From contig CM022676.1 of assembly GCA_012295275.1 (NCBI GenBank), forward strand, positions 15,128,001-15,192,000: 64,000 nt of DNA, given 5' to 3'. This stretch comes from Chrysomallon squamiferum. Lineage: Eukaryota > Animalia > Mollusca. Below, piece after piece: positions 1-50,280 of this stretch (positions are counted from its first letter, which is position 1; every line of letters starts with the position of its first letter). The notes beneath the pieces are model-generated. The model searched no databases and was not told the DNA's origin. It saw only the letters and a program-made list of their open reading frames with translations. The translations under genes were made by a program, and so were the position numbers.

Positions 1-801
1 TTTGTAGACTTCGAGTTTAACGTCAAAGATGTGATAGAAGTTTGGTCTGCAACGAAAGAAAAATATTTACTACATGTGAAATCACTGACTTTTGATCTGC
101 AAAATGAATTCATCTTATTATGGTGCAGCTAAATAGTGAAAAGATATTTTAAAATCAGAAAAAAAAAAAATAATGAACTTTCAAAAAGAAATCCTGATAA
201 TATTGACCGGCTTGATAGAGTTAATGAAACGGAAGGTGAAAGATATTATGCACGCTATTGTGACTCGTTTAAACTTGTATAAAGTCTTCCAGGTAGTGGC
301 TTTCATTGTGTTGAATTCGAATCCAGAATAAAGAAAGTCTAGAATATAATTTAAGTATGATGAAAAACTAATTATTGTGAAGGATAAATTCTTAATACAT
401 GTTAGACATTACTGGTATGGAAGTGTATGCCTATTACAGTGGAAACGAAATTGTAAATATTTTTTAAAACTGTGCAGAATGAATGCATATTATTTTATTT
501 TATGTTTTTTAAATTGAGTTTTTGTTTCAAATATAGTTAAGAAAGAGTAAAATATGTAAACGAAAGCTCCGAAGAAACTACTGCATCAGTTATGCTATTT
601 TAAAATATTTGTATATCTTATTAATATTCTTTTATTTAACACATATTTTGGCGAGATTAGTTAAAAATGTAAACTGAGAATTGCTATTTTTATGTTTTAT
701 TTTTTATGATTATTTACTTACTAATTATTTGTTCATCTATTTATTCGGTATATTGTTTTTGTATTTAATGTTGTATGTTTGTCTGTGAATCTGGAACTTA
801 C

Positions 802-33460
<32,659 letters not shown>

Positions 33461-33534
33461 TTCTTAACATAAAACTGACTTCATCAGGTTGTCTGCATCA
33501 ACTAAAGTACTTTAATTCAGATCCTCGTTCCTAG

Positions 33535-33543
33535 CCTTATATA
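33535..33543 (-). promoter_or_regulatory. Candidate TATA box of gene 1
   Basis: TATATAAGG on the minus strand 75-83 nt upstream of the ATG; altered in the duplicated copies. Confidence 0.45.
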
Positions 33544-36500
33544 CATTCCACGTTGACTGACCAGGTTTATTTGGTAACCGTACACCTGTTTTAAAGAACT
33601 TTGTGTTAGGAGCTGAACTGTAACGTATGACACAGATGAGATAAAGGAAACAAAAAATGAAAAAAAATGTATTATTGTCAAGAATAGCGAAGAGAACCTT
33701 TCTTTGTGGTAGTCTGTCTACCGGGCTCTCTATTAATCTTGATCTATCTATCTATCTATCTATCTGTCTGTCTGTCTATCTATGTATGAATCTATCTATC
33801 TGACTGTCTATTTGTCTATCTTTCTATCTATTTATTTATTCAAAATTGTTTGCTTTGATATTTGTGTGAAAGTGTCTAAATGCGATTGCACGGATGTGCA
33901 TGTTTGTTTGTCTGTGTGTGTGTGTGTTTGTGTCTGATTCTGTGAACAACGATTTACATGTTCTGTGTTTACAGATATTCTGCTCTGAACTTTTATGCTC
34001 ATTCAGTTAATTTTCATAAATTCTTCAGCAAATAACTATCTTTAGTGTCTTGAATATAGTAAACACAGAAATAATTACTTTGTAACTATCGGAGAATCAT
34101 GTTATTAGTGATTTGTCAACAGAGGCGCATTCTGAAGCTGTTATCAACATACAGTAAGCATCAAACAATTAATGAATTAATTTTTGTATAATCCTATTTG
34201 TTCTGTTATAAAGAAAATATATATTGCTAAATGATTATAATAATTATGACTGGATAGGAAATATATCTAGCAATCTAAAATTCTTCATCTCAGCTGTATA
34301 GTTGTCAACTTTTAGGTTTTTTTAGGACACAATTTCGTATCTTTTTTTTCACAAGGTGATACTTTTCAGGTAGATGTTCCATCAGTGGTAAACCTTACAG
34401 TTTCACTGCTAGAAATAAAACTAGTGCAGGAGCTGTGTGACTTCGGGATTCCTATTCATCATCTTTGTGGTAAAAATCTGTTTTTGTCTTTAAACGTTTT
34501 ACCCTAAATTCTTATGAATATCATCTTTGATCGTTCCCTAGACTATATCGAAGAAAAATCAGTTTCCTCAAGAAATAAAATTAAGGACTCACGAGCTGAA
34601 CAGTGTGATAATGAACTCTTTTCTAGTGATGTTAATTATATTTATAATGGGAAATACTAATTATTTACTGGCAAATCCTTGGTCACTTCCAAATCATTAA
34701 GAATATTTGTAAATGTTTAGTTAAGACATGAAATCCGCAACATGATCTTGAATTGAAATGCTTTTATCATCACAGTAGTTCACCATATACTGTTTATTTT
34801 ATGTCAGCGGATTAAGTGTAAGATGACTAGCACGAAATTATGTAAAAGTGTTTTGCTTATACTTTTTTTATGTCTAAATTATAACTTGTTGTTACAATTT
34901 TGAAACAAGGTTAGTTCGTTTTTCGCATGTCCTTTTTCTGTAACTTTTTTAATGCACATATTTTTCATTACCCATGAAGCCAAATAAATCCCTAGTTTTT
35001 TTTCTCTGTTAGATCAAATATATTTGGACATTGTCAATCTCTTACAGAGGGCCTAGTTTCTGTAGTTCCCCGCCTGCATTCAGGCCAGTTGTAATGAGAT
35101 CAAACCCTTCTAAATCCTGATAACAAGAAATTGTCATAATAGTGGATCACCCAAAATAAAATAAAATAAGTTCGTTGTGTGTACAATATATTTAGACTAT
35201 TTCTGTTTTCTTCATAGGTATAGTCATAATTTTTGGCATACATACACAGAAACAGAAATATATGTATATAAGTGCCCACATAAACACAAATATATATGAA
35301 TCCTGATAACATGGAATTGTCCTAATAGTGGATCACCGAATATAGAATAAAACAGAATATATTTAGACTATTTCTCTTTTCTCCATAGCTACAGTCATAA
35401 CTATTGACATAGACACACAGCAACAGAGATATACATATGTATACACATATAAACAGAAACACATATGCACAAACACACAAACACACATACACACATACAC
35501 GCAGTAACATAGAACAGTTTTTCTTACTCTAGCCTACAGTAACAATTTGATCTTCGTAAAAAAGCAACCGAATACACCTTTGTGAGTATCGTGTATCGGT
35601 GACACGCTATTTTTATCTGGACTGCATAACAAACAAACACAGTTAATTTGATATACTGGCCACACTATTTTCATCACAAAACGAAAACCAGTAAACAAAA
35701 CTATTTGTTTGTTTTTTTTTTTGTTTTTTTTTTAAGCTATCTCTAGGTAAGTTGTAATGTTTTATCAGAGCTATCTTGCATAACAAGAAGACAAAAATGC
35801 AGAATTAAACAAAACTGGTCTATAATAACGTATAACCTTTAATATTATCTTACCTACATAAATTGATATTTAATTTTGATTTTAATAAACATACCTATGG
35901 TTTTCATAATTAGTTTTTTTGATGTATATACTTTAAAATACAAACTCAGTTCTCTGATATTTGTTAATACAGATGTTGGTCAAGCTGGTATGAGCTATAA
36001 TTCCAAACACAAATCTTAATTTCCATTTCTAATTTACTTTGTATGATGGAAATATAAACTCTCCGGTATTTATCATTGTGTACACAATAATCAGTTTAGA
36101 TGATGATATATTCTGTCACGAAGATTATGGAATGTAATCTGAACATAAACAAACAAATTATATATATAATAATAATAATAATAATCAGAACAGAAAGTAG
36201 TGATAAGGCTAATTAATATTTTTATAAATAATTTGTTTTTAAGTAAATATAGATACCAAAGCGTGTGTATGTATCTATTTATTTATTTGCACGTGTGAAT
36301 GTAACTACTTTGTAAAGGAATGATTATAACAATATAGCTAATGTGTCCTTTTAATATTTGTGCCTTTTTTTTTTTTTTTTTTTTTTGCCTGTACAAACCG
36401 GAACAGGTGAGCATAATAACTTAATACCTTAGTATCGTCTATTATTAAGACCTAGAAAACTTAAACGTTTCTTCGCAGTAATTCAGGCGATAGAAAACAA

Positions 36501-39090
36501 ACGTTCTTACCACAGAGAATAGAAAACACACATCATCGAACATCTCACTTGTAAACCAGGAAGTGTTGACATCCGACCAGTAAAAAATATATTTAAAAGA
36601 GAGGATTTTTTAAGCTGTGATAAAATTAATCAAATTCGTTCATGCTAAACAACTAATACGGGTGTATACTTGTCTAAAACATTTTTGAAGTTTCTTTAAT
36701 AACTGAATAAAAGTGATATTTTAAATGTTTTGTTATTTTTACAGGGAAAGATTCGTTTAGTACTTAAAGGTTTCATTGATGAGTATCGATATGACTACTT
36801 TAGATTAACGTTAATTATTTGCAGGTTCATCTTTTTCTGTTTTTATTTTTCAGAACATTGCGTAAAGATAATTTTAAAATAACGTTTTCGTTTTCCAAAC
36901 ATTTCATAGCGTTCAGCCGATATTCACATGACGTGCATATGAAGATAAGAGAACAAATCAGTGGTTGTTTGTTATGTACACGATACACACAAACGTGTAT
37001 CCGGGTGTTATTTACGACGACCTGAATAGTTTGTTTGGTGACCGCAGACCTGTTTCAAAGCTTTTAGTAGATAAAATGGATCGTATGACATGTGAAATAA
37101 AACGCACTGTTATTAAGAATAGTGAAGAAAAGTATTCGTTCTGGTCTGTCTATTTACTTTAGCTACCTCTATCTGCCTGTATCTCTGTATATTTGTGTAT
37201 TCAAAATAGTTTGACGTTATATATACTTCAGAAACGCAAGCTAAAATATCCCTGAATACTTATATGTCTAAATGTGATTGCAAAGAGTGTGTGTGCGCGC
37301 GCGCATCTGTGCGTGTTTGTGGCTAATTCTGTGAACAATGATTTGTATATTTGTGTGTTTAGTTAAAGACATTTTGTTCTCAACTTCTATACTGATTCAG
37401 TTAATTTCGATAAATTCTTCAGCGAATGATTATCTTTAGTGTCTTCAAAATACTACATACAGAAAGTATCAGATGGTAGCTATTAAAAATAATATTATAT
37501 GTGATTTTTCAACGCAGGCGCATTCTGAAGTTGTTATCTACATACAACATTAACCAATGAAATCCATTTTAGTGTAATCCTATCTGTTGATATATAATGA
37601 AAATATATCTTGCTAAATGATCATTGTAATTATGAATGGATATGAAATATATCTAGAAATTCTTCATCCCTACATTATAGTTGAGATTTTTTTCACTTTT
37701 GATTAATGGAAAAGTCTCATTTCTTTTCTGACAAGGTGATGTTCTTTCAGTGGTAAAGCTCATGTTACAGACTGACTACTACTAATAAATATGTAACAGC
37801 TATTGTGTGACTTCGGGATACCTGTTCATAATCTGTGTGGGAAGAATCTGTAAATCAAAAAACAGTCTTCACTTCTCTCCTAGTCATTCACCATCTTTAA
37901 CACCTCATGATATTTTACCCACTATTCTTAAGTTTATCTTCTTTGTTCATTTTTTTGGCTATTTCCGAAAAATTAATTCTGGTTCAAACGGCAACATCCT
38001 CAGCAAAGAAGTAAATGACTGGTGTGTTGTACAGTGTGATACTTAACTCTTTCCTAGAGAGGTTAAGCTAATTCATGATGGGAATTACTAAGGTACGGAA
38101 ATGATAATTATACTCCAGTAAATCCTTGATCTGTTCCGAATCATTCTGAATGTCTGTAAGATAAGTCATCATATCCACATCATGATCTTTATTAAGCATT
38201 AAAATGTGTGTTTTGTTTCCATCACAGCAGTTCACCATATACTACTTCGTTTATTTGAGCGGAATACAAAGTAACTTGAGTCACACAGAACTATATAACA
38301 GTATTTTATTTATATTTGGTTTCCAGTCTGAATTATATACATATTTCATCGTTTATTTGTACAACCTAAAGATTTCACACAATTTTGAAATAAGGTAAGT
38401 TCGGTTTTCGCATGTCCTTCATGCACATGACTCTGATTAACCATGAAGTCACTTATATCACTGTTAGATCAAATAGATTTGGAAACAGGTCAATCTGTTA
38501 CACAGGGCCAAATTGTCGGGTACCGTTCTAGGCATCAAGGTAGATAAAATGAGATAAAACCCTATTGAATCCTGATACCAGGAAATTGTTCTACTTGTGG
38601 ATCAGGAAAAATAAAATCAAACAATTTCGTAGTATGAAGAACAGATTTATATTATTTGTCATTTTCTCCGATTGCTGTTTCGATGATTCAATACATACAT
38701 GCGACTATTGAACATTAATGTTAATTACTCTGCAGCTGTCTTTTTTCTTATTTTATTTGTGAGATCGCTATACAAGACGTAAATATACTTTTAAAATGTT
38801 CGTTTTGTTTTTCACGTACTTCCGTGTACATTCAATGGTGCTCGAACGATACTTCTATAACAGTACAGCAAGTATGTGTTTGTTTGCTATGTGGGTCAGG
38901 TATCTTATGCTGCACGAGATACACAGAGATATACCGGGTATTATTTACGAAGAGCTGAACAATTCATTATTAATACAGTGTCTGCGCGTAAGTGCAGAAA
39001 TAAATAGGAAAATAAGAAATAATTTACATTTATCAACATTCATGAGAACATCAATAGCAACTGTTTTATAACAACAACAACGACACGGAC

Positions 39091-39136
<46 letters not shown>

Positions 39137-39404
39137 TACTATAAAAATGAAGAAGAAACAATAATAAAGACAATCAGATAAATATGATTATTTGAACGTT
39201 ATATTAATTTTCTTCTTCACTTATTAATATGCAGTACTGAAAACCATGTATCGACACAACGGTGAAATGCATTCGGCATTAAAATTTTGTCAAGCATATT
39301 CACAGCAAATTGAAACAGTGAACAGAGACTCAGGTAATACATTTCAGAAAATTATATTTCTAATCATTGCCATCAGGTTTCGCTTTCTCCACCGTGAAAG
39401 TCAC

Positions 39405-39435
<31 letters not shown>

Positions 39436-40507
39436 TATATATATATATACACACATACACATACACACATACACACATACATACACACACAATAACACAG
39501 AACAGCCTGTCTTACTCTAACATACAGTAACAAGTCTGATCCTCGTAAATAAAACCCGAGTATGTTTTTGTGAGTATCGTGTATGAGTGACACACTATTT
39601 TCATCATTTTCTTTTTTTCAGTGTAAAATATCGCATTAACAAAACCATCGTCTGCTCGTGAAAACGAGACTGAAGTAATTTATCTTACAAGTCACGGTTC
39701 TCCGGTTCACAAGTGACACTTTACAGAGGTCAAAGTCAGATAAAAAGTACAAAGAAGCCGTCCTACTTGTTACGGGTAAATAAACACACTGATACTGCTT
39801 ATTTCTATGAGCTATGTTGTATTTTGTAACTGTTTAAATTTTATTTTATTATGTGGCAGAGTAATTTAATATGTTCAATTATAAATCAGTAATAAAGATA
39901 CAACTACAGGACCAGATGATTATAATTTCAAGAATAAAGAACAAAGAAGATTTCAACGTGTAATAAAATATGGCTGAAGTCCATTCCATGAGAAACTCAG
40001 CCCCCACCCAAACCCCAACCCCGGAAGAAAAAACAAATACAAATTTTTAATTTCACAATCTTAGTTTTTAGCCATATTACAGTCTCGTGCATTTCTGTTT
40101 TATTTAATCTGTAAATATTGTCAGCATTTTCATTTTAAGTGTATTTTGTTACTAAAATCCAAATATTACATCTCATGGAACTTTTTTAATGTAGGTAAAA
40201 CATTGCACGTTAATTTTCACTTGAGGCAATTTCAAGGTCAAACAAAAAGAGATACTTTTCAAAAATGTAGTTGTACCTGCTAGTGGCAAATTTGGAATCC
40301 TTAGCAATGAAACACTTTCATCAAAATTGGCCTACTCATTACCGAGGTATCGATCGCTGATTTCCAAATTTAATTAAAAATAAACAATAAAACACTGAAA
40401 ATCTTTGATTAACAAATTCAAAGAAGCAAATATTCGTTATTTTGAAACAAATATAAGAGTCGGAATACCATTAGATTTAATCTAGAACTTACTCTGTTTG
40501 AGTTATT

Positions 40508-40567
<60 letters not shown>

Positions 40568-40637
40568 ATTATTATTATTATCTTCATCATCATTATAATC
40601 ATCATTCGTATTTCACTCTTAATAACTACATATATAA

Positions 40638-40695
40638 ATATGACGTCTGTAGGTATTACAAATAAATAAATCCAGATACACGTAAAGAAAGACAT
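40638..40695 (-). pseudogene. Disabled copy of the gene 1 signal-peptide exon (MSFFTCIWIYLFVIPTD)
   Basis: Aligns to 33392-33460 with flanks; the CAG|gtat donor is removed by a short deletion. Confidence 0.7.
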
Positions 40696-42415
40696 GACTT
40701 AATTAAAAACTGACTACATCAGTCTGTCTGCATCAAACACCATTAAATTAATTCAAATCCTGATTCGTTTCATAATGTACATAACACGTTGACTGACGCA
40801 GTTTAACTGATAATCACACACTTGTTTGTTACTAGTAGCTGAAGTGGAACGTATCACACGGATGAAATAAAAAAGTATTGTTATCAAGAACAGTGAAGAA
40901 AACCTTTCTTTGTGGTAGTCTGTCTACCTGTCTGTCCACTAATCTTTATCTACCTATCTGTCTCTAATTATTTATTCAAAATAGTTTGCCATTATATACA
41001 CTGCACAAATCTGAAATATCCGTAGATACTTGCGTGAGAGTTTCTAAATGTGATAATTAGTGTATACGTGTGTGTGTGTGTGTGTGTGTTCGTGTGTTTG
41101 TGTGTGTGTGTGCGTGTGTGTGTGTGTCTGTGTGTGTGTGCGATTCTGTGAACGATTCTTATATTGGAATGATCAGTTACAGGATATTCTCCTATGAACA
41201 TCAGTACCGACTCAGCCAATTTGGAAAAATTCTTCAGCGAATTCAGAATTTGGGAAATAAATATCTTTACTTTCTCTAAAACAAAACACATAAAAATAAC
41301 TGATTCTTCGCCTATAAAAAGAATCATATCACTAGTAGTATTATTTAGAATAGCATTACGTGTGACTACAATACGCAACCATTTATAATACAACGACGCT
41401 GTGTGAATGCGATATCAACATGTAAATTAGTAAATACTCAATGAATTTTACTTTTTTATAATGATATCGTTTCTTGCGTGAAAGATACAATGAAAATCTA
41501 TTGCGCTCTTATTAAATAATTCATATAATTGTGAGTGGATTTTTGGTTCTTGGTAAATGATAATTATAACTACGAATGGATATGAAATATATCTAGAAAT
41601 TCTTCATCCCTACTATATAGCTGTCAACTTTTCAAGTTTTAAAAACACAGTGTTACCTGTTTTCTGTGAAGGTGATGTTTTTCAGGTCCAGTGGCCTTTG
41701 TTGTCGTATCAGTGGTAAAGCGCTCGTTACACTTTGATAGCTACTAATAGAAATAATGGAGGCATTATGTTACTACGGGATTCGTGTTTCAACATCCTTG
41801 TTGTAACAATCTGTAAGTAAAGAAATCTGTCTACACATACAGACATACACCCATACACATACACACGTAGACATAAATATACATACACACATCAACAGAA
41901 ATGTACAGACAAACATCTGAAAAGATGAAGACAAACATCTACACACAAATCAGTTTAAAGTATGACAGTCACTTAGAATAGTCTGTCTTGCTCTAACCTA
42001 GTAACACGGTAGGCGCTGTTTAAGATGCAATAATAACACTGGGTGTACATTAGTGTATCTCGTGTATCACTGACACACTATTTTTATCTCACCTACATAA
42101 ATAACAGATTTAATTTGATATGCTGTCGAGTTTCGTCAAAACTAAGAGCAGAATATTGATGTATTATAGGATCAAAAATAATTTAAAATTGTTTTTAAGT
42201 AAAATTGTAATTCATTAACTACGTGATCTTGCATAACAAGAAGACAAACGTGTAGATTATGTCAAATTAATCTATATTAATATATAACCGTTAATATTAG
42301 CTTACCTACCTTAATAAATATTTAATTTTAATTTTAATAAACACTCCTACAATTATATAGTTTGCTTTTTAGTTGTATATACCTCAAAACATAAAACAGT
42401 AAGCACAGAGAGAAA

Positions 42416-42501
<86 letters not shown>

Positions 42502-43269
42502 TGTTTGACAATTAACCAAACGGTGTTTTCCCAGTGGAAAATAGTCCCTTTCGTATTTTGCGGTTTCGATGATTCAATACATACATGCGACTATTGAACA
42601 TTAGTGTTAATTACTCTGCAGCTGTCTATTTCTTATTTTATTTGTGAGATCGCTATAGCACACGTAAGCATACACTTAAAATGTTCGTTTTGTTTTTCAC
42701 GTACTTCCGTGTTAATTCAATGGTGCTCGAACGATACTTCTATAACAGTACAGCAAGTGTGTGTTTGTTTGTTATGTAGGTCTGATAGGTGACGCTGCAC
42801 GAGATACACAGAGATATACCGGGTATTATTTACGAAGAGGTGAACAATTCATTATTAATACAGTGTCTGCGCGTAAGTGTAGAAATAAATAGGAAAACAA
42901 AAAAATAATTTACATTTATCAACATTCATGAGTACATCAGTAGTAAGTGTTTTATAACAACAACAACGACACTGACAATAATAATAATAATAATAATAAT
43001 ATACTATAAAAATGAAGAAAAAACAATAATAAAGATAATCAGATAAATATGATTATTTGAACGTTATATTAATTTTCTTCTTCACTTATTAATATGCAGT
43101 ACTGAAAACCATGTATCGACACAACGGTGAAATGCATTCGGCATTAAAATTTTGTCAAGCATATTCACAGCAAATTGAAACCTTGAACAGAGACACAGGT
43201 AATACATTTCAGAAAATTATATTTCTAATCATTGCCATCAGGTTTCGCTTTCTCCACCGTGAAAGTCAC

Positions 43270-43313
<44 letters not shown>

Positions 43314-44598
43314 TATATATATACACACACACATACACATACACACATACACACATACATACATACACACACAATAACATAGAACATGTGTATATGTATA
43401 CACAACCACACAATAACACAGAACAGCCTGTCTTACTCTAACATACAGTAACAAGTCTGATCCTCGTAAATAAAACCCGAGTATGTTTTTGTGAGTATCG
43501 TGTATGAGTGACACACTATTTTCATCATTTTTTTTTTTTCAGTGTAAAAATCGCATTAACAAAACCATCGTCAGCTCGTGAAAACGAGACTGAAGTAATT
43601 TATCTTACAAGTCACGGTTCTTGGGTTCACAAGTGACACTTTACAGAGGTCAAAGTCAGATAAAAAGTATTAAGAAGCCTTGCTACTTGTTACGGGTAAA
43701 TAAACACACTGATACTGCTTATTTCTATGAGCTATGTTGTATTTTGTAACTGTTTAAATTTTATTTTATTATGTGGCAGAGTAATTTAATATGTTCAATT
43801 ATAAATCAGTAATAAAGATACAACTACAGGACCAGATGATTATAATCTCAAGAATAAAGAACAAAGAAGATTTCAACGTGTAAAAAAATATGGCTGTAGT
43901 CCATTTCATGAGAAACTCAGCTCCCACCCACCCACCCTGAAGAAAAACAAATACAAATTTATAATTTCACAATCTTGGTTTTTAGCCATATTACAGTCTC
44001 GTTCATGTCTGTTTTATTTAATCTGTAAATGTTTTGAGCATTTTCATTTTAAGTGTATTTTGTTACTAAAATCCAAATATTACATCTCATGGAACTTTTT
44101 TATGTAGGTAAAACATTGCACGTTAATTTTCACTTGAGGCAATTTCAAGGTCAAACAAAAGGTGATACTTTTCCTAAATTTAGTTGTACCTGCTAGTGGC
44201 AAATTTGGAATCCTTAGCAATAAAACATTTTCATCAAAATTGGTCTACTCATTACCTAGGTATCGATCAAAAAATAGTGGCAGTTATGTCTATCTGTGAA
44301 AAAAATGTCAAAATTCGTGAGCCAGTAATATTAAGCTAGTTGTACCATCCAGGATACAGAATTTCAGCTGTGAAGTTTTTGTCGATACAGACTTAGCCAT
44401 TATTCAATTATTATCCTCATAATTGCATGCCTCGCTGATTCCCAGTTTTAAATAAAATAAACAACAATACACTGAAAAGCTTTGATTAATAAATTCAAAG
44501 AATCAAATATTCGTTATTTTGAAACAAATATAAGAGTCGGAATACCATTAGATTTAATCTAGAACTTACTCTGTTTGCGTTATTATTATTATTATTAA

Positions 44599-44632
<34 letters not shown>

Positions 44633-44728
44633 GTTGTTATTATTATTATTATTATTATTATTGTTATTATTATCTTCATCATCATTATAATCATCATTCG
44701 TATTTCACTCTTAATGACAACATACATT

Positions 44729-44787
44729 AATATGACGTCTGTAGGTATTACAAATAAATAAATCCAGATACACGTAAAGAAAGAAAT
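44729..44787 (-). pseudogene. Second disabled copy of the signal-peptide exon
   Basis: Same donor deletion, plus ATG changed to ATT. Confidence 0.7.
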
Positions 44788-46336
44788 GTCTTTCTTAAAA
44801 ACTGACTACATCAGTCTGTCTCCATCAAACACAATTAAATTAATTCAGATCCTGATTCGTTTCATAATGTACATAACACGTTGACTGACGCAGTTTAACT
44901 GATAATCACACACTTGTTTGTTACTAGTAGCTGAAGTGAAACGTATCACACGGATGAAATAAAAAACGTATTGTTATCAAGAACAGTGAAGAAAACCTTT
45001 CTTTGTGGCAGTCTGTCTACCTATCTGTCCGTTTATCTTTATCTACCTATCTGTCTCTAATTATTTATTCAAAATAGTTTGCCATTATATACACTGCACA
45101 AATCTGAAATATCCGTAGATACTTGTGTGAGTTTCTAAATGGGATTGTGAGTGTATACGTATGTGTGTGTGTGTCTGTGTGTATGTGTGTGCGATTCTGT
45201 GAACGAATATTATATTCGAATGTTCAGTTACAGGATATTCTCCTATGAACATCAGTACCGATTCAGCCAATTTGAAAAAATTCTTCAGCGAACTCAGAAG
45301 TTGGGAAACAAATATCTTTACTTTCTCTAATACAAAACACATAAACATAATTGATTCATCACCTATAAAAATAATCATATCATTAGTAGTATTATTTAGA
45401 ATAACATTACGTGTGACTACAGAACGCAACCATTTATAACAGAAGGGCGCTGGGTGAATGCGTTATCAACATGTAAATTAGTAAATACTCAATGAATTTT
45501 ACTTTTTTAATAATCATATCGTTTCTTCCGTGAAAGATACAATGAAAATCTATTGCGCTCTTACTAAATAATTAATATAACTATGAGTGGATTTTTGGTT
45601 CTTGGTATATGATAATTATAACTACGAATGGATGTGAAATATATCTAGAAATTCTTCATCCCAACTATATAGCTGTCAACTTTTCAAGTTTTTTTAAAAA
45701 CTCAGTGTCACCTGTTTCCTGTCAAGGTGATGTTTTTCAGTTGCAGTGGCCTGTGTTGTCCTATCAGTGGTAAAGCGCTCGTTACACTTCGATAGCTACT
45801 AATAGAAATAATGGAGGTATTATGTTACTACGGGATTCGTGTTTCAACATCCTTGTTGTAACAATCTGTAAGTAAAGAAATATGTCTACACGTACAGACA
45901 TACACACATAAACATACACACGTAATATAACTAAACAGAGTCACATAAACATAAATGTACAAACACACATCTGAAAAGATGAAGACACACATATAGACAC
46001 AAAACAGTTTACTCGTATGACAGTCACTTAGAATAGTCTGTCTTGCTCTAACCTAGTAAAACAGTAGGCGCTGTGTAAGATGTAATAATAACACTGGGTG
46101 TACTTTAGTGTATCTCGTGTATCAGTCACACTATTTTTGTCTCAGCTACACAAACAACAGACACGTTACAGATTTAATTTGATATGCTGGCGAGTTTCGT
46201 CAAAAATAAGAGCAGAATACTGAAATATTATAGGATCAAAAATAATTTTAAAATTGTTTTTAAGTAAACTGTAATTCATTAACTGCGTGATCTTGCATAA
46301 TAAGAAGACAAACGTGTAGATTATGTCAAATTAATG

Positions 46337-46372
<36 letters not shown>

Positions 46373-46373
46373 T

Positions 46374-46437
<64 letters not shown>

Positions 46438-47881
46438 AGCAATAATAAAATAATGAGCCTAGGTACTTCATATAATCATAATCCTTTAAACTGTTATTAT
46501 TTTTAATTTGTTTTGCAAATGAATAAACTTTGCTTCAAGTAATTTTACATCTGCTGCCAGAATCACAACAACAATTATACTAATAAAAACAGAAAACAGT
46601 AATATGGATACGTCATATAATTATAATCTCTTAAAGCTGTTTCGTTATCGCTGAACTCTTTCCCAACGAGAATACGTGTTTGAAGTGTTTTTGTTTTCCA
46701 GTGTAATAATCTCGTTAACAAAAAAAAAAAAAATAATAAAATCGTCTGTTCGTGAAAACGAGACTGAAGTCACATATCTCACAAGTTACAGTTCTCCGGT
46801 TCACAAGTGACACTTTACAGAGGTCAACGTCAGGTAAAAGTATTAAGAAGCCTTGCTACTTGTTACGGGTAAATAAACACACTGATACTGCTTATTTGTA
46901 TGAGCTATGTTGTATTTTGTAACTGTTTAAATGTTCTTTTATTCTGTGGCAGAGTAATTTAAAATGTGTTCAATTATAAATCAGTAATAGAGATACAACT
47001 GCAGGATCAGATGCTATAATCTCAAGAATAAAGAACAAAGAATAGTTCAGCGTGTAAAAAAATATGGCTGAAGTCCATTTTATGACCAACTCAGCACCCA
47101 CCCAACCCCAAGAAGAAAATAAATAAATACAACTTATGACTTCACAATCTTAGTTTTTAGCCGTACTTTTTTGAAAACAGTGTTATCTGTTTTCTGTCAA
47201 GATGGTGTTTTTCATGTGCAGTGGTCTGTGTTGTCCTATCAGTGGTAAAGCGCTCGTTACACTTTGATAGCTACTAAAATAAATAATGGAGGTTTTATGT
47301 TACTACGGGATTCGTGTTTCAACATCCTTGTTGTAACAATCTGTAAGTAAATGAATATGTCTACGCATACAGACATACACCCATAAACATACAATGTAGA
47401 CATAAATATACATAGACACATAAACATAAATGTAGAAACACACATCTGAAAAGATGAAGACAAACATACATATACACACAAAACAGTTTACACGTATGAC
47501 AGTCACTTAGAATAGTCTGTCTTGCTCTAATCTAGTAAAACAGTAGGCGCTGTGTAAGATGCAATAATAACACTGGGTGTACTTTAGTGTATCTCGTGTA
47601 TCAGTGACACACTATTTTTATCTCACCTACATAAAAAACAGTTTTTTAAAATTATTTTAAAATCATGTGTAATTTGTTAATCGCGTGATCTTGTATAGAG
47701 GATGACAAATTTGTAAATAAATTAAATTAATCTATAATAATATATAACCTTTAATATTATCTTATTTATATCAAATGTTTGATTTTTTTTTTTCTTTTTT
47801 CATTTTTTTTAAATTTTAATTAAAATTCCCACCATTTTAAACTTCGTTAGCTTGTTGCATATACCTTGAAGATAAATCACT

Positions 47882-48067
<186 letters not shown>

Positions 48068-48099
48068 CATGTTTATTGTTACTGGAAGAGTAGATGAAG

Positions 48100-50280
<2,181 letters not shown>

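Larger units (their letters stand above)
38675..46335. repeat. Recent ~3.9-kb direct tandem duplication (about 38675-42500 vs 42560-46335)
   Basis: Near-identical long stretches, e.g. cgatgattcaatacatacatgcgactattgaaca at ~38681 and ~42567. Confidence 0.9.

Noticed and set aside
40992-45439. Paired similar ORFs 40992/45085 (-) and 41194/45245 (+)
   Set aside because: Similar only because of the recent 3.9-kb duplication; no recognisable motifs, and they run into microsatellite.
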